This document shows, one piece after another, positions 1-8,730 of a stretch of 64,000 nucleotides of DNA (the first letter of the stretch is position 1; the number at the start of each line of letters is the position of its first letter). The notes under the pieces are model-generated. The model had not been told where the DNA came from and ran no database searches. It saw only the letters and a list, made by a program, of their open reading frames with translations. Position numbers and translations under genes: made by a program. Source of the DNA: Candidatus Falkowbacteria bacterium (lineage in GTDB: Bacteria > Patescibacteriota > Patescibacteriia > Patescibacteriales > WJLG01); assembly GCA_963747695.1 (NCBI GenBank), contig CAVVFV010000012.1, forward strand, positions 26,659 to 90,658. Direction: 5' to 3'.

Positions 1-804
1 GACGATTGCCCTCAGGCGCTTAGCGACAACACCAAGGCGATTGCCTGGGGCGCGGGCAACAGCCTATTCTACGAGCAGCAATATCTGACCAATGGATTAA
101 CTTGTTTTGACCGCCTGCCGTTTGAGGATCAGCAAAAATTAAAGGATAATATGCTGCTGTATCTTGGTTGGCTGCCGGTGGATAAGTTTTTCGCTTTTGC
201 CGAGGTCAAAGCCAATGTCAGTGTGATGCTGGCCAGTTTTGATAAGATTTATTATCCGCAGGCCGAGGAAGATTTTGCCGCTCTAGCCAAAAAGTATCCG
301 ACGATCAGCATTATTTATCGCGATTGGGCGGACTTTGAATTGGCCAAGGGGGATTTTAGCCGGGCCATCGCGATCAGTAATCAGGGTTTAGGGACGTTGC
401 CGCTCAAGGAAATGGATCAACGGGGTTATTTCACTCATCGGCCGGTGATTGAATCCTGGCAGATCGATTTTTACGACATTATCGGCGATGCCTATGCAGG
501 CGAGCATGACTGGAATAACGCTTTGAGCTATTACGAAAACGGCGTCAAGCTCAATCCTTATTATCTTCCGGCCTATGGAAAGATTGCGGCGGTCTATGCG
601 GCGGAAAAGGATTGGGACAAGGCGATATGGTATAATAATAAGGCGTACCGGCTTAGCCCGAGTGACTATTCCTGGCCGCTCGCTATCGGGCATTTGGAAA
701 CCGAGAAGGGCGACAAAAAAACAGCCATTGATTATTTTAATCAAGTTTTGCAGTTGAATCCGGATAATAAGGATGCGCAGAGCGGCATTGCCAGCCTGCG
801 GTAG
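1..804 (+). CDS. TPR-repeat protein (5' end outside window; frame 1 open from base 1)
   Basis: Open frame from position 1 with no stop; TPR-like repeats (AYGEHDWNNALSYYENGVKLNP, AYGKIAAVYAAEKDWDKAIWYNNKAYRL); stop TAG 802-804 lies inside repeat family A. Confidence 0.6.
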   Translation, partial: DDCPQALSDNTKAIAWGAGNSLFYEQQYLTNGLTCFDRLPFEDQQKLKDNMLLYLGWLPVDKFFAFAEVKANVSVMLASFDKIYYPQAEEDFAALAKKYPTISIIYRDWADFELAKGDFSRAIAISNQGLGTLPLKEMDQRGYFTHRPVIESWQIDFYDIIGDAYAGEHDWNNALSYYENGVKLNPYYLPAYGKIAAVYAAEKDWDKAIWYNNKAYRLSPSDYSWPLAIGHLETEKGDKKTAIDYFNQVLQLNPDNKDAQSGIASLR

Positions 805-857
805 GAACGCAACACTTTGCGTTCTGATTGCGGGAAAGCAAGGTATTGCGTTCCTAT
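799..857. repeat. Repeat family A locus 1 (GTAGGAACGCAA..TTGCGTTCCTAC hairpin units, inverted pair)
   Basis: cggtaggaacgcaacactttgcgttc ... gcaaggtattgcgttcctat; same motif at 25115, 28599, 47678, 60233. Confidence 0.8.
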
Positions 858-1697
858 ATTGATTTATTTTTTATGTTTTATTATTTTACTTTTGTCGCTT
901 TTTTATTCGGCGCCGTAATCGGCAGTTTTACCAATTGTTTCGTCTGGCGGCTGTACGAAGATGAGACGCTTTGGGACAGGTCCTATTGTCCCAAATGCCG
1001 GAAGATGATCGCCTGGTACGACAATATCCCGATTTTGAGTTTTTTCTGCCTGGGCGGGCGCTGCCGGCAGTGCGGCAAACCGATCTCTTGGCAATATCCC
1101 TTAGTGGAATTCACCACGGCCTGCCTTTTTGCTTTATCTTTTTATCTTTCAGCCAAAGATATCATCGGGCCGGCGAGCCTGTCCGATTATCTTGATCTTC
1201 TTTCCGGCAACGCCTTTATCCTGGCACTCGCCAAGGATTGGTTGATGATCTTTGCTTTGACCGCACTCTTCATCTATGATTGGCGCTGGTATCTGATTCC
1301 CGATAAGATCGTGCTCCCCGCCGCGTTATTGGTTTTTTTACTTGACCTTTCCTTGGGCTATAATTGGCTGGTGCTATTGGTTTGCGCGCTGATCGGCGGC
1401 GGTTTTTTTCTGCTGCAATTTTTGGTTTCGCGCGGAAAATGGGTCGGCGGCGGCGACATCCGTCTGGGAATTCTCCTCGGTTTTTCTACCGGCCGTTACG
1501 CTGAATTGATCCTCGCGATCTTGCTGACATATTTTATCGGATCGATTATCGGCACGCTTTTGGTAATCTTTGGCAAAAAGCATTGGAGTTCCAAGGTGCC
1601 GCTGGGGGTTTTTATGGCGCCGGCTCTGTTAATTACTTTGTTTTGGGGCCCGGAAATCATCACTTGGTATCTGAATCTTTTCTGGATAATGCCCTAA
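828..1697 (+). CDS. pilD: Type IV prepilin peptidase (A24 family) with N-terminal Zn-binding CxxC..CxxC domain
   Basis: CPKCRKMIAWYDNIPILSFFCLGGRCRQCGKPISWQYPLVEF motif typical of PilD N-terminus; polytopic membrane protein; true start may be M at 873. Confidence 0.85.
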   Translation: MRESKVLRSYIDLFFMFYYFTFVAFLFGAVIGSFTNCFVWRLYEDETLWDRSYCPKCRKMIAWYDNIPILSFFCLGGRCRQCGKPISWQYPLVEFTTACLFALSFYLSAKDIIGPASLSDYLDLLSGNAFILALAKDWLMIFALTALFIYDWRWYLIPDKIVLPAALLVFLLDLSLGYNWLVLLVCALIGGGFFLLQFLVSRGKWVGGGDIRLGILLGFSTGRYAELILAILLTYFIGSIIGTLLVIFGKKHWSSKVPLGVFMAPALLITLFWGPEIITWYLNLFWIMP

Positions 1698-1746
1698 AAG
1701 ACGTGTTGGCAAGACAAGGAGGATATAGTATAATAGAGTAAGACCC

Positions 1747-1874
1747 GTGATGCGAATACTGCTAATTTTTCGCGAATACCGTGAACTATTTAGCGAATTA
1801 CTAAATATATTAAATAGATTATTTCGTTAAAGCTATTCGTAGTATTGGCGTATAATTCGTTGTATTCGCATTAT
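1747..1874. repeat. Repeat family C locus 1 (palindromic ~125 bp element, ATGCGAATAC...GTATTCGCAT)
   Basis: gtgatgcgaatactgctaatttttcgcgaataccgtgaactattta...ctattcgtagtattggcg...gtattcgcat; near-identical inverted copy at 9542-9648; relatives at 19862, 55091, 16361, 42345. Confidence 0.8.
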
Positions 1875-1909
1875 ATGATCAAGCTTATTAATTTCCAGAA
1901 AAGTTTTTT

Positions 1910-3172
1910 ATGAGAGAAGATTCAATTGTCGGCTTAGATATCGGTTCGACCGAAGTAAGATTGGTGGTCGGCCAAAGGAATGAGCAAAACGGCGGCCGAT
2001 TGCAGATAATCGGGGCGATCTCTTCGCCGTCCGAAGGCATCAATAAAGGAATGGTCAAAAGCATCGATGATACCACGTCTTCGATCTCTTCGCTTTTGGA
2101 AAAAGCTGAACGCTTGATCGGTTTGCCGATCAGCAATGTTTACGTCAGCGTCAACGATCCTTTTATCAGGTGTGAAAAAAGCAAAGGCGTGGTTGCGGTC
2201 GGCAAAAGCAATGGCGAAATCAGCCAGGAAGATGTGGAACGGGCGATCGAAGCGGCGCGGACTTTAAGTATGCCGCCTAACTATGAAATTCTCCACGTCA
2301 TTCCCATCAAATTCACGGTGGACAACCAGGAAGATATCAAAGATCCGATCGGGATGAGCGGCATCCGTCTGGAAGTCGAAGCTTTGATCGTTCAGGGGAT
2401 GACCAGCCAGATCAAGAATTTGACCAAGGCGATCTATCGCACCGGATTGAATATTGATGATTTGGTTTTATCGTCGCTCGCTTTGGGCGAGGCCGTGTTG
2501 AGCTCCAAGCAGAAAGATTTGGGAGTGGCTGTCGCCGGGATCGGCGCCTCCACGACGACGCTCGCGGTTTATGAAGAAGGTAAATTGATCCACGCCGCGG
2601 TCATTCCGATCGGCGCGGATCATATCACTTCCGACATCGCGATCGGTTTACGCTGCCCGATCAATCTGGCTGAACGGGTGAAGATCGAATATGGCAATGC
2701 CGTACCGAAAAATTTCTCCGGGAAGGAAGAAGTGGACATTTCCGAGCTGGCCAGGGAAGAAGAAGTGGAAGATGATATCAAGGAAATCTCCAAAAAATAC
2801 GTGGCGGAAATAATCGAGGCGCGCGCCGAAGAGATCTTTGACCGAATTGACGAACAATTGAAGAAAATCGACCGTTCCGGGTTGTTGCCGGCCGGTGTCG
2901 TTTTAGCCGGAGGCGGAGCTAAGCTGGCCGGTCTGGTCGAAGTGGCCAAGGATCGGCTGCGTTTGCCGGCCTCGGTGGGAATTTGCCGCAATGCCGAGAT
3001 TGTTTTTGACAAGGTTAACGATTCCAAATATCTAACCGCGCTGGGTCTGGTCATTTGGGGCAATACGTTCACCACCAAAAGAGTGGGCGGGGGAGCGATG
3101 GGCGGGATCAGCAATTTTTTTGACGATGCTAACAAGAAAATCAAAGAAATTTTTTCCCGATTCGCTCCGTGA
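1910..3172 (+). CDS. ftsA: Cell division protein FtsA (actin-like ATPase)
   Basis: IVGLDIGSTEVRLVVGQ N-terminus, actin-fold motifs, immediately upstream of ftsZ. Confidence 0.9.
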   Translation: MREDSIVGLDIGSTEVRLVVGQRNEQNGGRLQIIGAISSPSEGINKGMVKSIDDTTSSISSLLEKAERLIGLPISNVYVSVNDPFIRCEKSKGVVAVGKSNGEISQEDVERAIEAARTLSMPPNYEILHVIPIKFTVDNQEDIKDPIGMSGIRLEVEALIVQGMTSQIKNLTKAIYRTGLNIDDLVLSSLALGEAVLSSKQKDLGVAVAGIGASTTTLAVYEEGKLIHAAVIPIGADHITSDIAIGLRCPINLAERVKIEYGNAVPKNFSGKEEVDISELAREEEVEDDIKEISKKYVAEIIEARAEEIFDRIDEQLKKIDRSGLLPAGVVLAGGGAKLAGLVEVAKDRLRLPASVGICRNAEIVFDKVNDSKYLTALGLVIWGNTFTTKRVGGGAMGGISNFFDDANKKIKEIFSRFAP

Positions 3173-3301
3173 TTGAAATTGTCCGATTGTACAATTTTTT
3201 TATTCACCTGGCGGAACGATGATTTAGTAGGTTGATAAATAGGCTAAAATAAGCATAAATATCTGAAGATATTTAAGCCCCCCAAAGGCTTGATATTTTT
3301 T

Positions 3302-3329
3302 TTACAATAGGATAAACTTATAGTATAAT
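3302..3329 (+). promoter_or_regulatory. Putative sigma70-like promoter for ftsZ (TTACAA-16-TATAAT)
   Basis: ttacaa taggataaacttatag tataat in the 330-bp ftsA-ftsZ spacer. Confidence 0.35.
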
Positions 3330-3459
3330 ATTCTACTGTTCAATTAGTTTATACACTAAGGTTTAATTTGTAATATTTTTTGCGAGCGACGAGGTACACA
3401 TAATTGCGAGGGTCGGCCGGATAGTGGAGCGACCCGAGCCTCATTAGGAAGGGGGAGTC

Positions 3460-4695
3460 TTGAGGGGGAAACCCGTCAAGGGTTTCCCCCTCAAATTGCA
3501 TATGGCTGAAATAAAACCATTGGCTGAAACATTCGCCAAGATCAAAGTTGTCGGCGTGGGCGGCGGCGGCGGAAGCGCCATCCAAAGAATGATTGAAAAA
3601 GGAATTAGAGGCGTTGAATTTGTGGCCATCAATACTGATGTCCAGGCTTTGCATTACAATAAAGCCGGCGATAAATTGCATATCGGCAAATCGGTTACCC
3701 GCGGTTTGGGAGCCGGGATGAATCCGGAATTGGGCCGCCAGGCGGCGGAAGAATCACAGAATGAGATCAGGGACGTTTTGAAGGGTTCGGATATGGTGTT
3801 TATTACTTGCGGCTTAGGCGGCGGCACAGGCACGGGCGCGGCTCCGGTAGTCGCGGAAATTGCCCGCGATCTGGGCGCTTTGACTGTCGCGGTGGTAACC
3901 AGACCTTTTTCTTTTGAAGGCGGTCAGCGCAAGGCGATCGCCGAACGCGGTTTTGCCGAACTGGCCGACAAGTTGGATACGATCATCACTATCAATAATG
4001 ATAAGTTGTTACAAATTATCGATAAGAAAACTTCCTTGATGGAAGCTTTCTCGGTGGCGGATGATGTGCTGCGCCAGGGCGTGCAAGGCATTGCTGAAAT
4101 CATCACGATTCCCGGCTTGATCAACGTCGACTTCGCCGATGTGCGGGCGGTGATGCAGAATGCCGGTTCGGCTTTAATGGGCATCGGCCAGGCTTCCGGA
4201 GAAAATCGGGCGATCGAGGCGGCCAAAGCGGCAATCAATTCAACTCTGTTGGATATGTCAATCGATGGCGCCCGCGGCATCGTTTTCACGATCACCGGCG
4301 GACCGAGTTTGGGGATGACCGAAGTTTCCGAAGCGGCCAAGGTGATTACCGCCTCGGCGGATGCCGAAGCCAAGATTATTTTTGGCGCAGTCATTGACGA
4401 TAAATTGAAAGACGAAATAAAAGTTACGGTCGTGGCTACCGGTTTTGACGGCCAGGCCAGGGATATTACCAGCAAACAGATGCGGACGGCGTACACGCCG
4501 AACAGCTTTATCAGTTCGGCGGAAAAGGAAGATAAGAATCGCGGCTGGTTCGGCGGTAAATCCGATGCCTCATCCGACACAATCAAGAAAAGCAAGATTT
4601 CGCCGGTCAAAATGGCCCAGGAAGAATTGCCGGACGAAGAATCAGAAGAAGGCGAGCTCGGTATTCCGGCGTTTATTCGGAAAAAAATGAAATAG
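3460..4695 (+). CDS. ftsZ: Cell division GTPase FtsZ (start either TTG 3460 or ATG 3502)
   Basis: [30 protein letters not shown] tubulin signature; acidic/basic C-terminal tail. Confidence 0.95.
   Translation: MRGKPVKGFPLKLHMAEIKPLAETFAKIKVVGVGGGGGSAIQRMIEKGIRGVEFVAINTDVQALHYNKAGDKLHIGKSVTRGLGAGMNPELGRQAAEESQNEIRDVLKGSDMVFITCGLGGGTGTGAAPVVAEIARDLGALTVAVVTRPFSFEGGQRKAIAERGFAELADKLDTIITINNDKLLQIIDKKTSLMEAFSVADDVLRQGVQGIAEIITIPGLINVDFADVRAVMQNAGSALMGIGQASGENRAIEAAKAAINSTLLDMSIDGARGIVFTITGGPSLGMTEVSEAAKVITASADAEAKIIFGAVIDDKLKDEIKVTVVATGFDGQARDITSKQMRTAYTPNSFISSAEKEDKNRGWFGGKSDASSDTIKKSKISPVKMAQEELPDEESEEGELGIPAFIRKKMK
3462..3493 (+). promoter_or_regulatory. Perfect 13-bp-stem hairpin (GAGGGGGAAACCC gtcaag GGGTTTCCCCCTC) overlapping ftsZ translation start region
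   Basis: Exact inverted repeat read directly; 5' arm contains SD-like GAGGGGG; ends 8 nt before ATG 3502. Confidence 0.6.
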
Positions 4696-4774
4696 CGTTA
4701 TCCCGCCGCGGCGGGACGGCACATCCGAATTAAGTTGAAAGTTGTAAAGTATTTTGGAAAATTTGCATAAAATA

Positions 4775-4807
4775 AAAAAGACGCGCTCAGTTGAGGCGTC
4801 TTTTTTG
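4775..4807. terminator. Bidirectional rho-independent terminator (ftsZ + / fba -)
   Basis: aaaaaa GACGCgctcagttgagGCGTC tttttt; A-run before, T-run after. Confidence 0.7.
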
Positions 4808-4820
4808 ATGGGATCAGGGC

Positions 4821-5804
4821 TTAAAACGATAGAGAGAGGAAGGATTTGAGTGATGAGCTTTTCGGCTTTGACTTGGTTTTCAGTTCCAGTTTGCCGAGAA
4901 AGATTTTGTAAGCGTTTTCGGCCGTGTAGTCGTAGAGAATGACCGCCGCAATGGCATTGGCCATGCGGATCGCTTCGGGAAGCGGACGCTGATAAATATT
5001 GCGCCCAACGGCGACTCCGCCGGTGCCGGAAATATGGATTTGATTGTGAAGTTGTTGGAGGAATTTTTTTTCCGCCATCTTGGTGCCGCCGATCGGAACT
5101 ACTTTGGATCGTCCGGCCGCTACCACGACTTCGCGGAATTTTTTGGCGGTTTCGACCGTCGGTTTGTCATAAGGATAGCTGATTTTGACGAAATCAGCGC
5201 CTAAACAGACAGCCACTCCGGCCCCGCCGGCCAATAAATGCAGATTGGTTTCATCCTTGACCGCTTTGCCGCGCGGGTACATCCAGATTACCGCGAGTAA
5301 TCCTTCCTGATGGGCATCGTAGATGATCCGAGCGGCCTGCCCGAAAGATTCCGACTCGAATTCGCTGCCGATATAAACCGTATAGCCGACGCCGATGATA
5401 TTCAAACCGGAATTTTTTTTGAATTTTATCACGTCATCCATCGGCAGCCAGCGGTTGGAAAATGGATCACGTTCCGCCTTGTTGATGAGATTAGTCTTGG
5501 AATTAGCTTTAATGAGGAACGGCACATTCGGGCAAATATCCGCGTATTTGGCAATCAAGCCTAATTGCGAGCCCAGGACTCCGATATGAGCTTGTTTGGC
5601 GATTTCAAAATAATGTTTGGGATCGGCTACCGAAGCATCCAGTCCCGGGCCGACAAAGTCATCGTTCAAATGCTCGACCTTCTGGTCGCAAGCATACATA
5701 AACAGCCTGCCGGTGCCGCGGGTGGCGATTTTCCAATTCTTCAAATATTCGGCGTGCTTGGCGCGAGGAACGTCGTAGGGAATGTGGATTTTTTGCATAG
5801 ACAT
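4821..5804 (-). CDS. Class I fructose-bisphosphate aldolase, archaeal type (DhnA/FbaB family)
   Basis: TIM-barrel aldolase pattern, Schiff-base lysine context GADFVKISYP, GRNIYQ motif; family assignment from recall. Confidence 0.65.
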   Translation of the reverse strand: MSMQKIHIPYDVPRAKHAEYLKNWKIATRGTGRLFMYACDQKVEHLNDDFVGPGLDASVADPKHYFEIAKQAHIGVLGSQLGLIAKYADICPNVPFLIKANSKTNLINKAERDPFSNRWLPMDDVIKFKKNSGLNIIGVGYTVYIGSEFESESFGQAARIIYDAHQEGLLAVIWMYPRGKAVKDETNLHLLAGGAGVAVCLGADFVKISYPYDKPTVETAKKFREVVVAAGRSKVVPIGGTKMAEKKFLQQLHNQIHISGTGGVAVGRNIYQRPLPEAIRMANAIAAVILYDYTAENAYKIFLGKLELKTKSKPKSSSLKSFLSLSF

Positions 5805-5883
5805 TTTTAAATAAAGGCGTTATATGATAAAATGTAATATAAATCAGTAATTATATTATACCATAAAAATTAAGATTGTTTAA

Positions 5884-5964
5884 TTGTTATATTGTCATAT
5901 TGCTATATTGTTAAAATGTATTGAATTGTTGTCTAGCAATATAACAATATGACAATATGGCAAT
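5884..5964. repeat. Repeat family B locus 1 (TTGTCATATTGCTATATTGTTA inverted pair)
   Basis: attgttatattgtcatattgctatattgtta ...spacer... tagcaatataacaatatgacaatatggcaat in divergent fba/gpmI spacer. Confidence 0.8.
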
Positions 5965-5978
5965 TTTAACGATAATGA

Positions 5979-7607
5979 TTGAAGTATCTTTTGTTTATGA
6001 CTGATATTAAGAAGAAAAAACCCATTGTTCTGGTAATCTTGGACGGCTGGGGTGAATGGGATATCGAGAAGGGCAACCCGATCGTGAAGTCCAAATTGCC
6101 GCTGATCGATAAATTAAACTCCCACTATCCCAAAACTTATCTGCAGGCGTCGGGCATGGCAGTTGGTTTGCCTTGGGGCGTTAGAGGCAATTCGGAAGTC
6201 GGCCACCAGACCATCGGTTCGGGCCAGATCGTCTTTCAGTTTTTGCCGACAATTTCCACGGCGATCACCGAAGGATCTTTTTTCAAGAACGAGGCGATCC
6301 TCGGCGCTTTTGACTGGGCGAAAAAAAATAATTCCAATCTGCACGTCCTGGGATTGCTTTCTGATGGATCAGTCCATTCCCACATCGAACATCTGTTCGC
6401 GCTTTTGGAGATGGCCAAGAACCGGGAAGTCAAAGAAGTTTATATCCATGCCGTGACCGATGGGCGTGACACGCACCCGCAAAGCGCTAAGCGATTTATT
6501 GAGCAGCTGGAAAATAAAATTAAAGAAATCGGCATCGGGAAAATTGCCACGCTAAGCGGCCGCTATTTCACCATGGATCGGAATAACAATTGGGACAGAG
6601 TGGAGAAAGCCTTCCTGGCAATCACCTCAGGCATCGGCATTCGAGAAAAAAATCCTCACCAGGCGGTGGATAACCAGTACGCCCGGAATATTTTTGATGA
6701 ATATTTGGAACCGGTCGTTTTAGAAGGGGATAACGGCGAACCGGTCGCGCTGATCAAGGATAACGACGCCGTGATTTGTTTCAACTTCCGCAAGGACCGT
6801 TCCCGCCAGATCACCAAGGCTTTCGTGCTGCCTAGTTTTAAAGAATTCAAACAAGCCAAGCCGCCGGCCAATCTCAAATATGTCTGCTTCGCGCCTTACG
6901 AAGAAGGACTTCCGGTTGACGTGGCTTTTCACGAGCAGCAGATCACTGTTCGTTTGGGTGAAATATTGGCCAAGAATTGGAAAAGGCAATTGCGCATTTC
7001 CGAAACGGAAAAATACGCGCACGTCACTTATTTTTTCAACGGCGGATTGGAAGAGCCGTATTTTTACGAGGACCGGATTTTGATCCCCTCCAAACGCGTG
7101 ACCACTTATGCGGATGCGCCGGAAATGAGCGCTACGGAAATCACCGATAAATTGCTGGAAGCGATGGAAAAAAATAATTATGATTTTATTTTGGTTAATT
7201 ATGCCAATTCCGATATGGTCGGCCACACGGGAAATTATCCGGCGGCCGTCAAAGCCCTGGAACACGTGGACGGTTGTCTGGCTCGATTGATTGAAGCCGT
7301 ATTTGCCAAAGGCGGAGAATTGATCATCACCGCCGATCACGGCAATGTCGAAGAGATGTTGAATATCTATACCGGCGAGCCGGACACCCAGCATTCCAAA
7401 AATGTGGTGCCCTGCTGGTATGTCAGCCCGGACAGCTGGATTGAAAGCTCGGAAAAACCCAAGAAGATCGAAGCCGGCGGTCTGCTGGTCGATCTGGCCC
7501 CGACCGTTCTGGATCTTCTCGGTTTTGAAAAACATCCGGCGATGGTCGGCTCAAGTTTGATCCGGCAATTCAAAAAGATGATGCCGGAAGAGGAAGAGGA
7601 AGAATGA
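5979..7607 (+). CDS. gpmI: 2,3-bisphosphoglycerate-independent phosphoglycerate mutase (iPGM)
   Basis: ILDGWG...RGNSEVGHQTIGSG N-terminal phosphatase-domain motifs, 542 aa. Confidence 0.9.
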   Translation: MKYLLFMTDIKKKKPIVLVILDGWGEWDIEKGNPIVKSKLPLIDKLNSHYPKTYLQASGMAVGLPWGVRGNSEVGHQTIGSGQIVFQFLPTISTAITEGSFFKNEAILGAFDWAKKNNSNLHVLGLLSDGSVHSHIEHLFALLEMAKNREVKEVYIHAVTDGRDTHPQSAKRFIEQLENKIKEIGIGKIATLSGRYFTMDRNNNWDRVEKAFLAITSGIGIREKNPHQAVDNQYARNIFDEYLEPVVLEGDNGEPVALIKDNDAVICFNFRKDRSRQITKAFVLPSFKEFKQAKPPANLKYVCFAPYEEGLPVDVAFHEQQITVRLGEILAKNWKRQLRISETEKYAHVTYFFNGGLEEPYFYEDRILIPSKRVTTYADAPEMSATEITDKLLEAMEKNNYDFILVNYANSDMVGHTGNYPAAVKALEHVDGCLARLIEAVFAKGGELIITADHGNVEEMLNIYTGEPDTQHSKNVVPCWYVSPDSWIESSEKPKKIEAGGLLVDLAPTVLDLLGFEKHPAMVGSSLIRQFKKMMPEEEEEE

Positions 7608-7610
7608 TTT

Positions 7611-7722
7611 TATTGCTATATTGTCATATTGTTATATTGATGCGCAACGATTTTAATCGATTAAGTTGTTTAATTCCGTTGCATAACAATATAACAATTT
7701 AGCAATATAATAATATGATAAT
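7611..7722. repeat. Repeat family B locus 2
   Basis: tattgctatattgtcatattgttatattg ...gcgcaacg..cgttgc... caatataacaatttagcaatataataat. Confidence 0.75.
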
Positions 7723-7735
7723 TAAACAATAAAAA

Positions 7736-7766
7736 ACGCCTTCTTTACGAAGACGTTTTTTAAAAT
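7736..7766. terminator. Bidirectional terminator-like hairpin (gpmI + / ferredoxin -)
   Basis: aaaaaacgccttctttacgaagacgtttttt; 8/9 bp stem, A-run and T-run flanks. Confidence 0.5.
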
Positions 7767-7773
7767 TCGACGG

Positions 7774-7950
7774 TTATTCCTCCACAAATATCGCTTCCAC
7801 CGGGCACTGGTCGGCAGCGGACATCGCACAGTCGTGATTGGCGCCGATGACGGTTGATTTTCCCATCTCATCAAGCTTAAAAGTATCGGGACAGACTTCG
7901 GTGCAGCGGCCGCAGCCGATGCATTTTTCTCGGTCAACTTTGATAAGCAT
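7774..7950 (-). CDS. Ferredoxin, single 4Fe-4S/3Fe-4S cluster type (58 aa; missed by ORF track, <60 aa)
   Basis: Translated by hand: MLIKVDREKCIGCGRCTEVCPDTFKLDEMGKSTVIGANHDCAMSAADQCPVEAIFVEE; CxxCxxC...CP motif. Confidence 0.75.
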   Translation of the reverse strand: MLIKVDREKCIGCGRCTEVCPDTFKLDEMGKSTVIGANHDCAMSAADQCPVEAIFVEE

Positions 7951-7979
7951 AAGATTGTTGATTAATTTTTTCTAGAAAA

Positions 7980-8156
7980 TTATTCGCTAATCGTGATGGC
8001 CGATACCGGGCATTGGTCGGCGGCTGACTGGGCGCAATCCGGATTGGCGCCGATGACGGTGGATTTGCCCATCTCGTCTAATTTAAAAGTATCCGGGCAA
8101 ACTTCGGTGCAACGGCCGCAGCCGATGCAAGTATCGCGGTCAATGTTGATGGTCAT
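7980..8156 (-). CDS. Ferredoxin paralog (58 aa), tandem duplicate
   Basis: MTININRDTCIGCGRCTEVCPDTFKLDEMGKSTVIGANPDCAQSAADQCPVSAITISE; ~75% identical to downstream copy. Confidence 0.75.
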   Translation of the reverse strand: MTINIDRDTCIGCGRCTEVCPDTFKLDEMGKSTVIGANPDCAQSAADQCPVSAITISE

Positions 8157-8346
8157 AATTTGTTGATTGGTTAATTTGTTAATTAGGTGATTGGTTTTAA
8201 TTATAGCATATCTTTTTTGTAGTATGTAGTAAGTAGTAGGCAGTATGGTTTTTGATAAAAAATTGATCGGTTGACAAAGTAATTTGATCGTGGTAATTTA
8301 TAATGTTCTTTTAAAAATCATAACATTAACCGAAAAGAGGTAAAAA

Positions 8347-8682
8347 ATGTTTAACAAAAACGGCCAAGAGGTTAAGCTTAAAGATGGTTGCTCTTTAGCC
8401 TTTAAAGAAGTTAATAAGGATGGAGTAATGGTTGTTTTACCGACACAACACACGCCTTTCTTGGAAGGCTACTATTGGGCGAAAGGTAATTTTAACAAGG
8501 CCCGTGTCGTGCTTAAGAATCGAGGAAGAGAAGTGGAGTATGGACATCCTACCATTTTATTAATATCTGAATCAATGGCTGCTATGGTGGGCATGGAAAT
8601 TGAAAAAAGAGATGATGGTCGGCCAAATCAATTCATAAGGGGTGATGATACCATCGTGGTGGTGTTGCAGAAGATCAAATAG
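8347..8682 (+). CDS. Hypothetical protein (111 aa), cargo of IR-bounded cassette
   Basis: RBS agagg 8 nt upstream; no recognisable domain. Confidence 0.5.
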   Translation: MFNKNGQEVKLKDGCSLAFKEVNKDGVMVVLPTQHTPFLEGYYWAKGNFNKARVVLKNRGREVEYGHPTILLISESMAAMVGMEIEKRDDGRPNQFIRGDDTIVVVLQKIK

Positions 8683-8705
8683 TGAAACATAGCTTGATTA
8701 TCTTA

Positions 8706-8730
8706 GGGGAGCAAGAGCTCCCCTTTTTTA
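8706..8730 (+). terminator. Rho-independent terminator
   Basis: GGGGAGC aag AGCTCCCC ttttttta. Confidence 0.8.

Noticed and set aside
388-744. Minus-strand 118-aa ORF inside the TPR gene.
The same rejection covers the many similar antisense ORFs in the track: 2620-3207, 3924-4610, 6720-7535, 12991-13461, 14714-15073, 19385-19831, 20768-21481, 22006-22555, 22760-23434, 26392-27102, 35874-36686, 37752-38303, 38510-39253, 46439-46987, 59421-59930 and 60256-60834.
   Set aside because: Shadow ORFs opposite well-supported conserved genes; no RBS, no recognisable domains, and their composition mirrors the sense gene.
3460-3501. N-terminal extension of FtsZ from TTG 3460
   Set aside because: Not rejected outright. 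The extension would be encoded by a perfect 13-bp inverted repeat, which is more parsimonious as a regulatory hairpin; ATG 3502 gives a conventional FtsZ N-terminus. Left ambiguous.
7722-7937. Track ORF (71 aa, minus strand) overlapping the first ferredoxin
   Set aside because: Wrong frame; the ferredoxin frame (7774-7950) gives a canonical CxxCxxC...CP protein.
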